The notes beneath the pieces were generated by a model, which saw nothing but the letters and a program-made list of their open reading frames with translations, was not told where the DNA came from and searched no databases. 64,000 bases of DNA from Synergistales bacterium. Lineage in GTDB: Bacteria; Synergistota; Synergistia; Synergistales; JAFGMB01. The position numbers and the translations under genes are program-made. Below are positions 8,782 through 18,836 of the stretch, piece by piece. Position 1 is the stretch's first letter. Each line of letters opens with the position of its first letter. The stretch lies in the NCBI GenBank assembly GCA_963666205.1, contig OY762654.1, positions 1,600,001 through 1,664,000 of the forward strand, read 5' to 3'.

Positions 8782-10986
8782 CTAGTAACCGAACATCCTG
8801 TAATTACCGCTAAGATAGTCATAGAGGCTGTAGACAACCCCTGTTTCTGGCAGTTCTTTTCCGGATATCTCACAGCATATACTGACAAGGGAGTAATATA
8901 GATCATCTCTCAGCCTTGCGGGCTGCAACTGGCCCCAGAGCTGTTCAGGCGTTTTCCATGCCCCTGGCTGACGGGCAGCATAATAGTTCCATTTGGACAA
9001 AAGGGAAAATTCCCTTTCCTGGCTATAGGAAAGGCTGCTCCCCCAAAGGGCTCCGGGGGGTATATTCAGATACATGCCGAGGTTGCTGTAATCCCGACCC
9101 CGGGTAAGTTCATCTGTCTTTGCTATCCAGAAACCTATGCCTAGATCATTCCACCATCTTGTAGCTGTAAGCTTGATCCCTTCATCCCCATCGATGAAGC
9201 GGCCCCACTCCGCCATGAGGTCCAGGTTATATAACGGATCGGAGTAACCTGCCTGAAGCCACCAGGCCCATTCCCATTCATCACTTCTGTAACTTCCGGG
9301 GTCGGTTTCAACCCTGCCTCCTCCTGTTATTTCCACGGGATCATCCGAGAGGGAGCAAAAACTCTCCGGATCTCTTTCATGGAAAAGACTCACTCTTGCC
9401 CCAGCCCACCATCTTCCGTCCTTTCCATAGAACCTTCCCCAGGCATTTCCGCCGAACCACTGGTCATCAAGCCATCCCGCCTCCATAAGGAAAGCACTGT
9501 CGTTTCCCGGATGGGCAAAACTGGCAACTCCTTTATAGATTCGGGTATAATCATTGACCTCCGGTTCCCACGGTATATCTGCATCATTGAGCAGGGGCTG
9601 ACGTACATCCAGGAACACTTCCCAACCGCTGGAGGTTCTCATCCTGTATATCCAGTCCACGCTCCACCGGTCCATGTAGGAATCGTCATCAACTGCATCT
9701 ATCCTCGGTTCGTAGGATATCATGGCCCGGAACTCTGAAACACCCTTCGCTTCGGTATCTCCAGGACCGGAACAGAAGAACCATTTTTCCCCATCTTCCA
9801 CCAGCCCGTTTCTGAACCATGTGACCTCCGTTTCCCGGTTGTCATTCACAAGTATCTCTCCCATTCTCAGAAGGGCCACATGTGAGCCAGGAACATCCAC
9901 CCGTGCCACGGGGTCTCCCCGGACCTTCACGACCAGGGTCATGACCTTTACATCCCATGGCAGAATAAATGATGCGTGGTAAATGACCCTTGCCATTGCC
10001 TCGGCCTGGGATGAATAGCCAATATTCTCATAAGCCAGAAGGATCTTCTTCTCACCTATGAGGACTTCCACATCCCTGATACCCAGGTTCTGGCCCAGTT
10101 CCTCCACAAGCCTGGCCGACAGTTTGTTCAGGTCTGTCCTGTTCCAGTCAGGTAATAGAATATCTTCATCAGGAGGCCTGGAACATCTTTTCTTTCTGCC
10201 CCCAAAGACAGGTTTTGAAAAATCAAGGTTCCAGGAAACAGAAAGGGACCATTCTTCATCCCTCTGTCTGCTTATTCCAAGGTCCAGTCCCACATCTGTT
10301 CTGGCATGTATCCCAAAGTTCCAGTTTTCATCAGTTTCATGAGGGTCAAAACCGAATAATTCCCTTTCCTTCTGGCTGGGATCCAGATCACAATACTCTG
10401 CCTTAAGCTCCAGACTGTCATTCAGCATCCAGGACAGACCTCCGAAGAAACCGTTATACCGATCCGAACCATAACCCGCAGAAAGAGCCAGTTTTTCCCA
10501 TTCCCAGGTGGCTACAGCATATAAGGCTTCCTGTATTCCATCTTCAAGAAGATCCGTCCCCCCAACGGCAAGGGAAGGAGTCCAGCCATTACCTGAGTAA
10601 AGAAGAAGTTTCAGATCCACTCCTCTTTCACTATGGCTTTTGGAAATCCCGTATTTGTAGAACCCGTCGGAGGACCCAATATATCTGAGGTTGAATTCCA
10701 TCCATGGAAGGTAGCCAAGGGTAACATACCAGGTCCTGTAAGGATCACTCCATGAATGGCCGATCCAACCCTTTCCATCACCCGGCATCTGGGCAGTAGG
10801 ACATTCATAGAGGCCAGTAAAACCTGCATTGGAAGGGGATGCAGCCTCTAAAACATCTGTTGTGGTAATAAGGGAAAAGTGAAGAGTCAGGATAAGAATC
10901 ATCATTACCCTGGTTAAAATTTCGTTCACCTCCATAGGATAAGGCTTCATTCTCACCCAAAGGACAATCTGGTTTACCTGGAACAT
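8782..10986 (-). CDS. YjbH-family outer-membrane beta-barrel, exopolysaccharide-associated
   Basis: SNAGFTGLYECPTA..P-G, PWMEFNLRY, PSLAVGGTDL, GRFIDGDEG motifs; divergent from the polysaccharide export genes. The true start may be ~50-80 bp downstream. Confidence 0.75.
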   Translation of the reverse strand: MFQVNQIVLWVRMKPYPMEVNEILTRVMMILILTLHFSLITTTDVLEAASPSNAGFTGLYECPTAQMPGDGKGWIGHSWSDPYRTWYVTLGYLPWMEFNLRYIGSSDGFYKYGISKSHSERGVDLKLLLYSGNGWTPSLAVGGTDLLEDGIQEALYAVATWEWEKLALSAGYGSDRYNGFFGGLSWMLNDSLELKAEYCDLDPSQKERELFGFDPHETDENWNFGIHARTDVGLDLGISRQRDEEWSLSVSWNLDFSKPVFGGRKKRCSRPPDEDILLPDWNRTDLNKLSARLVEELGQNLGIRDVEVLIGEKKILLAYENIGYSSQAEAMARVIYHASFILPWDVKVMTLVVKVRGDPVARVDVPGSHVALLRMGEILVNDNRETEVTWFRNGLVEDGEKWFFCSGPGDTEAKGVSEFRAMISYEPRIDAVDDDSYMDRWSVDWIYRMRTSSGWEVFLDVRQPLLNDADIPWEPEVNDYTRIYKGVASFAHPGNDSAFLMEAGWLDDQWFGGNAWGRFYGKDGRWWAGARVSLFHERDPESFCSLSDDPVEITGGGRVETDPGSYRSDEWEWAWWLQAGYSDPLYNLDLMAEWGRFIDGDEGIKLTATRWWNDLGIGFWIAKTDELTRGRDYSNLGMYLNIPPGALWGSSLSYSQEREFSLLSKWNYYAARQPGAWKTPEQLWGQLQPARLRDDLYYSLVSICCEISGKELPETGVVYSLYDYLSGNYRMFGY

Positions 10987-11364
10987 CTAAAGAATTTTTT
11001 ACGTCTGGTATGGAAATTCATGAACAATTTCTGCAGTCTGGAAAGGAAAATCCTTATCTGAGGTAAGGAAAAACAATTCGACATTCGTTATTTAAGAATA
11101 ATTCTCAAAAATAAGATTACAACATCTTTACATATAATGCAATGTAGTAATATAATGAAGCGAATAGATTACTTCTTTAACATTTCTTTCAGATGAATAA
11201 CTGCTTAGTTTTTCATTTCAGCCCCTTTCACCCAAGTGCATTTTAAATTGAATTCCCTCTTTATATTTCTTAAAGAATTACCAGTTATCATCAATATTTT
11301 TCAATCCAGAGTAATTAAATCACTATCAACATCACGAAAAACCTTATTAAAGGGAGGTATTTAT

Positions 11365-13554
11365 ATGAAGCCTCGACTGCAGATAATTATTTACGTATTT
11401 CTTTCATTTTTTCTCCTTTTCTCATGCCTTGCCCTTCTTGCCCCGGCAGCTCCATTCAGCAACAACATCCCCCAGCAGGGACCGGGTATGTACATACCGG
11501 CTAAACCTGGAGAGGAAGGGTTTCAACAGTTTCCCTGGGAAACACTCTCATCTGACCAGGGTTCAGGATATACTCTCCCGGAAATACAAACGCCGCCGCC
11601 TCCTCCGAGTCAACAACAGCAGACTCAGGTCACCAGTATAACAAGTCCGGATATAAAAGATTTTATTTCAGGAGCTCATCCTTCCGAGATAACAAAGCTG
11701 CTCCCACGTTTCGGATATTCCTTTTTTAATGCCCCCTCAACTACCTTTACACCCCTTCTGGATATTCCGGTAGGTCCTGATTACATTCTGGGTCCGGGAG
11801 ACAGTCTTCGGGTATCCATATGGGGATTCCAGGAAGGTCAGTATACTCTCGAAGTTGACAGGAACGGTAATATCTCCCTGCCTGGAGCTGGAGTGATAGG
11901 AGTGGCAGGACTCACTTTCGAGCAGGCAAAATGGGCCATAGAAAAGGCATATTCCCAGTATTTCACCAATTTCGAGATCAATATCACCATGGGACAGCTC
12001 CGTACAATAACCATTTATGTGGTGGGTCATGCCAACCGCCCTGGTGCCTATTCCATATCCTCCCTTTCCACCATCATCAACGGACTCATTGCAGCCGGGG
12101 GACCAGGCTATTCGGGTACATTAAGGAATATACAGCTCAAACGGAACGACAGGGTGGTCTGTACCTTCGACAGCTATGACCTTCTCTTAAAGGGTAATAA
12201 AAAAAATGACAGGAGGTTAATGCCTGGAGATGTAATATTTATTCCTCCTGTCGGGGCCCTTGCCGGAATAACTGGAGATGTCAAAAAACCCGCCTATTAC
12301 GAGCTGAAGGGAAACACCAGGCTTTCAGACCTTGTTGAAATGGCAGGCGGTTTCACCGGCAGTTACTTCAGAGGAAGGGTTCAGATAGACCGCACCATGG
12401 GACACGAATACCGAACAGCCATTGGAAACGACCTGAAAGGACTCAAGGAAGACCCGAAAAGAAACATTTTCATTCAGAACGGAGACCTGGTAAAGGTCTT
12501 CCCAGTCCATGAGAAGGACTCCTTCGCCTTCCTGTCCGGTGCCATTTCAAGACCGGGCAGATATGCTATTCAGCCCGGATCCACCAGAGTGGGGGAGCTT
12601 CTGAGAAGGGCTGGAGGCCCCCTTTACATGGCTTCTGAAACTGGGGAGATAACAAGAGTACATGTGACCCAGGCCGGACCGCAGACCGAGAGATTCATCT
12701 TCAATGTGGGAAGGGCTATGAACGGAGATCCTGATCATGATTTCAGACTTGAACTTAATGACTACATCACTGTAAGAACTGTCCCCGAATGGGATCTTTA
12801 CAGAACAGTGCGGATACTGGGCGAGGTCAGATACCCGGGTATCTACTCGGTCCAGAAGGGTGAAAGGCTTTCAGATCTTCTGGAAAGAGCGGGTGGATAC
12901 ACTTCAAGCGCCTTTCTCAAGGGATCATTCCTGGCACGAAAAAGCGTGATGACAAACCAGCAGAGGGAAATAAATAAGATGCTTGAAAGACTCGAAACAA
13001 GCCTCTACGGAAATGCAGTTGAGGGCGTTTCGACCGCACTGAATCCCGGGGATGCTGAGTTGAGTGTTCTGGAAAGGGAACAGCGGCAAAGATTCCTGAC
13101 AGCCCTGCGCCAGGTGAAACCCTCGGGCAGGATGGTTGTCAATCTCCCTGAAAATTACCGTCTACTCAAAGGGACCCCCTACGATGTTGAGCTTGAACAG
13201 GGAGATTCACTCTACATACCCAAACCTCCGGAGTCCGTGAACGTCGTGGGATCCGTTTTCAATCCAACATCCTTCACATACAGGCCCAACCAGAAATTCA
13301 CAGAATACATAAAACAGGCTGGAGGATACACCATCAATGCCGATCAGAAGAGAGTCTACCTCGTGCGGGCCGATGGAACGTCCTTAAGAGCCTTTGAGAA
13401 AAAGAAACCCCTTCTTGTTAAGGATGGGGACACCATCGTTGTTCCCGAAAAGATCTACGTAAAAAGCAACAAGCGGGATACCGCATACGTTATAGACATG
13501 CTTTACAAATTATCCATAAGCGTTGCGGTAGTTACAGACGCGTTCAATGATTAG
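11365..13554 (+). CDS. Polysaccharide export protein with multiple SLBB domains (Wza/KpsD-like)
   Basis: FGYSFF..DYILGPGD (Poly_export), repeated SLBB units (V.G.V..PG.Y...L.DL...AGG). ATG 11365 follows GGGAGGT. Confidence 0.9.
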   Translation: MKPRLQIIIYVFLSFFLLFSCLALLAPAAPFSNNIPQQGPGMYIPAKPGEEGFQQFPWETLSSDQGSGYTLPEIQTPPPPPSQQQQTQVTSITSPDIKDFISGAHPSEITKLLPRFGYSFFNAPSTTFTPLLDIPVGPDYILGPGDSLRVSIWGFQEGQYTLEVDRNGNISLPGAGVIGVAGLTFEQAKWAIEKAYSQYFTNFEINITMGQLRTITIYVVGHANRPGAYSISSLSTIINGLIAAGGPGYSGTLRNIQLKRNDRVVCTFDSYDLLLKGNKKNDRRLMPGDVIFIPPVGALAGITGDVKKPAYYELKGNTRLSDLVEMAGGFTGSYFRGRVQIDRTMGHEYRTAIGNDLKGLKEDPKRNIFIQNGDLVKVFPVHEKDSFAFLSGAISRPGRYAIQPGSTRVGELLRRAGGPLYMASETGEITRVHVTQAGPQTERFIFNVGRAMNGDPDHDFRLELNDYITVRTVPEWDLYRTVRILGEVRYPGIYSVQKGERLSDLLERAGGYTSSAFLKGSFLARKSVMTNQQREINKMLERLETSLYGNAVEGVSTALNPGDAELSVLEREQRQRFLTALRQVKPSGRMVVNLPENYRLLKGTPYDVELEQGDSLYIPKPPESVNVVGSVFNPTSFTYRPNQKFTEYIKQAGGYTINADQKRVYLVRADGTSLRAFEKKKPLLVKDGDTIVVPEKIYVKSNKRDTAYVIDMLYKLSISVAVVTDAFND

Positions 13555-13582
13555 CTGATCAGACAGGAATGGAGGAAGGGAA

Positions 13583-14740
13583 ATGCCTGAAAACTGGAAT
13601 TATCCTCCTGAATCAGGGGAACCCGGAAAGGGAAAAAGAATTCGGGTCCATGATCACTTATACCGGAATATGGATCTTCTCAAATTTCTGAGAGAAAATC
13701 TTGGGAAAATCCTGATTTTTACTGTTTTATGCTCTTTGATCGCTTTTGTGATCATTTCGTCAATTCCTCCTAAATATAAAGCTCATACTTCCATTCTGCC
13801 AGTGAAGATGAATCCCCAGGCTGAGGATTTTTTTCAGGAAATGGGAGTCCAGAAAGCAAGGAATAATGAAAAAGCCTCTATTGATGACGTCGTTCTTGGC
13901 ATTCTTCAAAGCAGAACAATAAAAGACAAGATCATAAAAAGATTCGATCTTATGACCGAATTCGAGACAGACAAACAGGACAAAGCCAGAAAAGCGCTGA
14001 CCGATATGATCCAGGTGAATTCAGAAGCAACTACAGGGATAATAACCATCTCTGCTCTTAATAATGACCCTGAGAAAGCATCAAAACTTGCGAACGGGTA
14101 TGTATCTGCTCTGGAGGAGCTCCTCCAGGAACTTGCCATTACTCAAGCCTCCAGAGAAAGACTTTTCCTTGAAAAACAACTCGGGGAAACCCAGGAGAAA
14201 CTTATCAAAGCCGAAAACGAGCTGAAAGAATGCCAGAAAGAAATGGGCATTCTTGACGTTGAAAAACAGGCAGCCACTATTGTTCAGTCCATGTCAAGTC
14301 TTAAAGCCGCCCTCTGTGAAAAGGAGGTGGAACTCAGCGCTGCGATGACCTATGCAACACGGAAAAATTATCTGGTCCGAAGCCTTGAGGCTGAAGTACA
14401 GGAAATAAAAGATCAGCTTCGCAAAATTGAAGTTGAAGCAGCTGATAATGAACCTTACGCCAATACCCTTCAATTCCTTCCCGATGCCGGAATGGAATAT
14501 CTGAGGAAAGTAAGAACTCTGGAGTTTTATGAAACTCTCTACAATACGGTTCTATCGCAATACCAGAATGCAAGGATGGCTGAGGCAAAAGAGACCCTTA
14601 TGGTCCAAATACTTGACAGGGCAGTTCCACCCGATTCAACAGAAGGCCCCGGAACCATCATCGTCGTATTTTTTGCAGGTATTACAGCTGCATTCTTCTC
14701 CTTTTCCTTCCTTTTCCTGAAAAAGATGTTTATTGGATGA
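13583..14740 (+). CDS. Polysaccharide chain-length determinant / co-polymerase (Wzz/GumC-like, no kinase domain)
   Basis: N- and C-terminal TM segments, coiled coil, ILDRAVPP motif. Confidence 0.85.
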   Translation: MPENWNYPPESGEPGKGKRIRVHDHLYRNMDLLKFLRENLGKILIFTVLCSLIAFVIISSIPPKYKAHTSILPVKMNPQAEDFFQEMGVQKARNNEKASIDDVVLGILQSRTIKDKIIKRFDLMTEFETDKQDKARKALTDMIQVNSEATTGIITISALNNDPEKASKLANGYVSALEELLQELAITQASRERLFLEKQLGETQEKLIKAENELKECQKEMGILDVEKQAATIVQSMSSLKAALCEKEVELSAAMTYATRKNYLVRSLEAEVQEIKDQLRKIEVEAADNEPYANTLQFLPDAGMEYLRKVRTLEFYETLYNTVLSQYQNARMAEAKETLMVQILDRAVPPDSTEGPGTIIVVFFAGITAAFFSFSFLFLKKMFIG

Positions 14741-14806
14741 TCAAAGGAAAAAGACAGGGCAAGTTAACCATATCATCAGAATATAAGGACAGGGAGGAGA
14801 GGTATC

Positions 14807-16171
14807 TTGAGGCTTAGACTTAGATCTCCCATGATCATCATGTTCATCCTTGATACAATATTCATATGGCTGGTCATCATACTTTACGGCCATCCGGCCT
14901 CAGTCATGGAAATATTCCACTCTTTCATGGTCTATCTTATATACATCTGTTCACTCTATTCGTTCCGTTCCTACGAATTTCTAAGATTCATGAAACCCTA
15001 CGACTGCATATCAGGCACCTTGAAAGGTGCCTTGATCGGCGGATCTGTTAATTATCTTATTTCTGTCTTCTCTATGAGCTATATACCCGCTAATCTCAAT
15101 CACCTGCTTCTGCTGGGTGGAATGGTATTCTTCCCCCTTGAAAGATTCGTTATCTGGCAGATCTATGATCGTTTTATTGAACCTGTCCCCATGATGGTAG
15201 TAGGCTCCAGAGATAAATGGGAAAATATACTTTGTGAAATGATTTCAACCATAAATAACAAGATCCTGATAGTGGGATATTGTGATCCGGAAATATATAA
15301 ATTTGAAGAATTCCTTAAACTGAATCCTCATATTTCCCTGGCCCTCATCACTGAAGAACGCTTTTTAAATGAACCTCTCGTAAGAAAAAAATGCCTTTTC
15401 CTGCTGAAGAAAAATATTGATATCATTTTTCTTCCTCATTTTGCAGAAAATCTCCTAAATCGAATTCCTATTGGAATTGCCATAGAATTCAAGAATTATT
15501 ACGAATTGATATTCAACCAGAAAGAATATGATCCCAAGAAAAGGATCTTTGAAGTTGTCTTCTCGATCTTTGCAATAATTGCCGCATCACCTCTGATGCT
15601 TATGATATCTCTTGTAATACTGCTTGAATCAGGATTACCCATCATTTTTTCCCAGCAAAGAACCGGACTTGATGGTAAGCCTTTCGTTATGCATAAATTC
15701 AGGACCATGTCAAAACCCCAAGGCCTCCACAAACCGGATTTCGCAACAAACGAAGTTTTCAGAATTACAAGATCAGGCCATTTCATAAGGGCCACCCATA
15801 TGGATGAATTACCCCAGCTGTTTGACGTTCTCCTGGGAAATATGAGCCTTATAGCTCCAAGACCGGAACAGACAGAATTTGCAACGGAATACTCTGACAA
15901 GATCCCCTTTTACCACTACCGTCACAGAATACCGCCTGGCATAACCGGTTGGGCTCAGATCAACTATCAGTATTCTTCATGTCTGGCAGAAACAATATCC
16001 AAAGTTGAATATGATCTCTTCTATATCAAGAACCATACTCTGTTCCTGGATATGAAGATTCTGTTAAAGACTGTTGAAACTGTCCTCTCCATAAGGGGAC
16101 TTGAGATCACTGTTCCCGAAAAAGAAGAGGGGAATATAAGAAAAGAACTTACCGATGAAGAATCAGGTTAA
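14807..16171 (+). CDS. Initiating polyprenyl-phosphate sugar phosphotransferase (WcaJ/WbaP family)
   Basis: KRIFE, KFRTM, DELPQLFDVL.GNMSL..PRPE, PGITGWAQIN, YDLFYIKN; N-terminal TM helices. Confidence 0.9.
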   Translation: MRLRLRSPMIIMFILDTIFIWLVIILYGHPASVMEIFHSFMVYLIYICSLYSFRSYEFLRFMKPYDCISGTLKGALIGGSVNYLISVFSMSYIPANLNHLLLLGGMVFFPLERFVIWQIYDRFIEPVPMMVVGSRDKWENILCEMISTINNKILIVGYCDPEIYKFEEFLKLNPHISLALITEERFLNEPLVRKKCLFLLKKNIDIIFLPHFAENLLNRIPIGIAIEFKNYYELIFNQKEYDPKKRIFEVVFSIFAIIAASPLMLMISLVILLESGLPIIFSQQRTGLDGKPFVMHKFRTMSKPQGLHKPDFATNEVFRITRSGHFIRATHMDELPQLFDVLLGNMSLIAPRPEQTEFATEYSDKIPFYHYRHRIPPGITGWAQINYQYSSCLAETISKVEYDLFYIKNHTLFLDMKILLKTVETVLSIRGLEITVPEKEEGNIRKELTDEESG

Positions 16172-16237
16172 TTAACTGAAATATGATGGGGGTCAGAGTT
16201 GTTCCAGAACCCGCATGGATCCTGAATAAAACCTTGA

Positions 16238-17689
16238 TTGCATTTATACAGATGCGATCCTCATGATATTTTGATCTTTTACCCGGATCACAATCTTTTC
16301 ATTACCCCAATCAACTCTACACAGGAAACATTATCTGATTACTGTAAAAACACTCACCATGCCTTTCACCCAACTACCTTTCATTCTCATAAACTGAAAA
16401 AAGGAGGAATTTCAATTAATTACGACCAGAATATCAGCTACCCTCAGGAGAACATATCTGACCAGGACCAGACAGGATTTCTGAAATACGCAAACGATCT
16501 GGCATGGATAATTATTATTCTCAGCATGCATATCATGTATTTCAACCTTGGAAATATCCTTAGAACAAATATCACTTCATCATTGGCCTTACGGCTCATT
16601 GGTATGACCATGTTCATTATTCTCAATATCAGGCTTCGAAATTCCCAGTTGAATCTACTTCTTCTGCCCATAACCCTTTTCTGGGTTTTTTTCCTGCTTA
16701 ACCTGAATCTGTTCTGGTTATGGAATAGAGGATGGAATATTTTCGAGGTCTTTAAACAGGTTGTTCTACTTTCTTTGGGTCTATTCTCTGTTTTTGCAGC
16801 ATCACAGAGAAGCAGCCTGAAGAACAGTCATTCATTTCTCAAGATATATTTCTGCTTTCTACGCCTGAATATCCTGTTTATTCTTCTCCAAATTATACTG
16901 AACCACTTTTTCAAAATTAATCTTATCTTTCCATGGCAGGGAACACCTTTGCTTGCCGGATCTTTCAGACCTTGTGGGTTATTGGGAGAACCAGCCCACG
17001 CGGGTATCTTTTTCATGGGGATCCTTTTTTTAAGAAGCCAGCATATCAGGGAAAGAAGATCTCTCCTGATATGGAGCATATTGGCTCTTTTCTTTACCTT
17101 CTCCCTTATTTCCATAATCGTAGCCTCAGCCCTTACTGTAAAAATATACTTTTCTCTTGATAGGGTATCCAGAAAATACCCTCTGCTTATCTGCATCGCA
17201 GTGCTGTCCATATTCATAATCTACAGGGACCACCCAAGAATAATAAGGATACAGGGCTCTCTTTCATTTTCAGGAGGATCGGCATACCCCAGGGTAATAC
17301 AGGGATTAAAGATCTATGGCGGGTTAGATCTGAAAGAAAAGTTCTTCGGTATCTCTCCCGGCAACGATCTTGTAAAATCAGAAAAACTGGCCCGACAAAC
17401 CCGGAACAGGCCATATTTCGACGATTTTATAAGCGGGATGATGGGCGAACTTATCTCTTACGGTCTGATTCCTTCTATTATGATCAACCTCCTGATTCTC
17501 CAGTGTCTTTATTTCAACAGACATCCAAAATGGATAATGTTATTTGTCATATTAATGCGTTTCGGGACTCAGTTAGGCATTGATAACCCTTTTCTGCCAT
17601 TTATTCTCATGCTTTCTATCTTCAGCAGCTCAGGACCAGATATTAGCTCAGTTGGAACCGCAGCATCTGGAAAGGATGTCGTAAATTGA
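16238..17689 (+). CDS. Polytopic membrane protein, probable O-antigen/EPS polymerase (Wzy-like); start uncertain
   Basis: About 10 TM segments, R..GL.GEPAH motif, located between the initiating transferase and a GT. The best RBS precedes an in-frame ATT at 16415. Confidence 0.65.
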   Translation: MHLYRCDPHDILIFYPDHNLFITPINSTQETLSDYCKNTHHAFHPTTFHSHKLKKGGISINYDQNISYPQENISDQDQTGFLKYANDLAWIIIILSMHIMYFNLGNILRTNITSSLALRLIGMTMFIILNIRLRNSQLNLLLLPITLFWVFFLLNLNLFWLWNRGWNIFEVFKQVVLLSLGLFSVFAASQRSSLKNSHSFLKIYFCFLRLNILFILLQIILNHFFKINLIFPWQGTPLLAGSFRPCGLLGEPAHAGIFFMGILFLRSQHIRERRSLLIWSILALFFTFSLISIIVASALTVKIYFSLDRVSRKYPLLICIAVLSIFIIYRDHPRIIRIQGSLSFSGGSAYPRVIQGLKIYGGLDLKEKFFGISPGNDLVKSEKLARQTRNRPYFDDFISGMMGELISYGLIPSIMINLLILQCLYFNRHPKWIMLFVILMRFGTQLGIDNPFLPFILMLSIFSSSGPDISSVGTAASGKDVVN

Positions 17690-18834
17690 AAGTCGCACTT
17701 ATCGATCCCTTTCAGCGAGGCCACCATAGAAGTTATTCCACCATTCTCTCTGAAGGACTGTTGGAGAAGGGCATTGAAACAGTGTATATGGGCAATAAGG
17801 AGATAGCTGACTATTTAACTGAAAAGGGGATTCAGGCCCATCCTTTGAATTTACGGGATCATAATAATCCGATTATCCGAGAGGGCGCAAAGTTCGCATT
17901 TGTAAAAAAGGCTTTATCATTAAGTAGAGGAAATGTAGATATTGTCCATTTTCTCTACGCTGACAGGTTCATCAGGTCCCTGGGATTTTTCAGTAACCCT
18001 GAAAATGATTCCCCCTTATGTGCAACCATTCACTGGGGATATCTGCTTCCAGAATTCTATACAGGAAGGAAATTGGATAGCATCAAATGTTCTTCTGAAA
18101 ACATGGCCCTTGGGAAAATTATCAGGAACGGTTCCAGAATAATGGTTCATTCAGAAATTCTTTCGAGAAGGTTCGCCCAATGTAATGGAACTGACTCTTT
18201 TGATCCTGTTCCATATCCGATCGAGATAGACCCGCATGACACTTTTGATTCTGAAGGGTTCAGAAAACAGATGGACATTCCTCAAAACTGCACACTCCTA
18301 CTTTGTTTCGGGGAGGCACGATACGAAAAAGGTTTTGACCTTGCCATCAGATCTCTTTCCCATCTTCCTGAATATTTTCATCTCGCCATATGCGGCCCCG
18401 AAAAAGACCTGAAAAAGGATGATCTTTTTAATCTCGGACAAAAAATGGGTGTATCCCCCAGGCTTCATCTTAACCTTCGCTATGTATCTGAAAGTGAGAT
18501 GATATGCTGGTTCATGGCATCGGATCTTCTCCTCATACCTTACAGGAAACCTTTTTCCGGCCAGAGCGGTCCCCTTATAAATGCCGCAAATCTTGGGCTT
18601 CCAGTAGTTGTCTCAGATCTTCCACTTTTGAGAGAAACGGTTGAAAAATATACAATTGGGAAAATTTTTGAAGAGGGAAACCTGAACTCCCTTGTCAATA
18701 CAATACTGGCCATATCCAAAGATCTGTCAAAGGTCAGGAATCTTACCTTTATAAAAGATCATTCTCCTGAAAAATTCGTAGATTCTGTTATCAGAAGCTA
18801 TTTGAGAACTCTTTCTCAAAAAGAAGGGCAATAA
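17686..18834 (+). CDS. Glycosyltransferase family 4 (GT-B)
   Basis: GHH N-terminal motif, FGEARYEKGFD, PY...QSGPL..A...GLPVVVSD. Confidence 0.88.
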   Translation: MKVALIDPFQRGHHRSYSTILSEGLLEKGIETVYMGNKEIADYLTEKGIQAHPLNLRDHNNPIIREGAKFAFVKKALSLSRGNVDIVHFLYADRFIRSLGFFSNPENDSPLCATIHWGYLLPEFYTGRKLDSIKCSSENMALGKIIRNGSRIMVHSEILSRRFAQCNGTDSFDPVPYPIEIDPHDTFDSEGFRKQMDIPQNCTLLLCFGEARYEKGFDLAIRSLSHLPEYFHLAICGPEKDLKKDDLFNLGQKMGVSPRLHLNLRYVSESEMICWFMASDLLLIPYRKPFSGQSGPLINAANLGLPVVVSDLPLLRETVEKYTIGKIFEEGNLNSLVNTILAISKDLSKVRNLTFIKDHSPEKFVDSVIRSYLRTLSQKEGQ

Positions 18835-18836
18835 TA

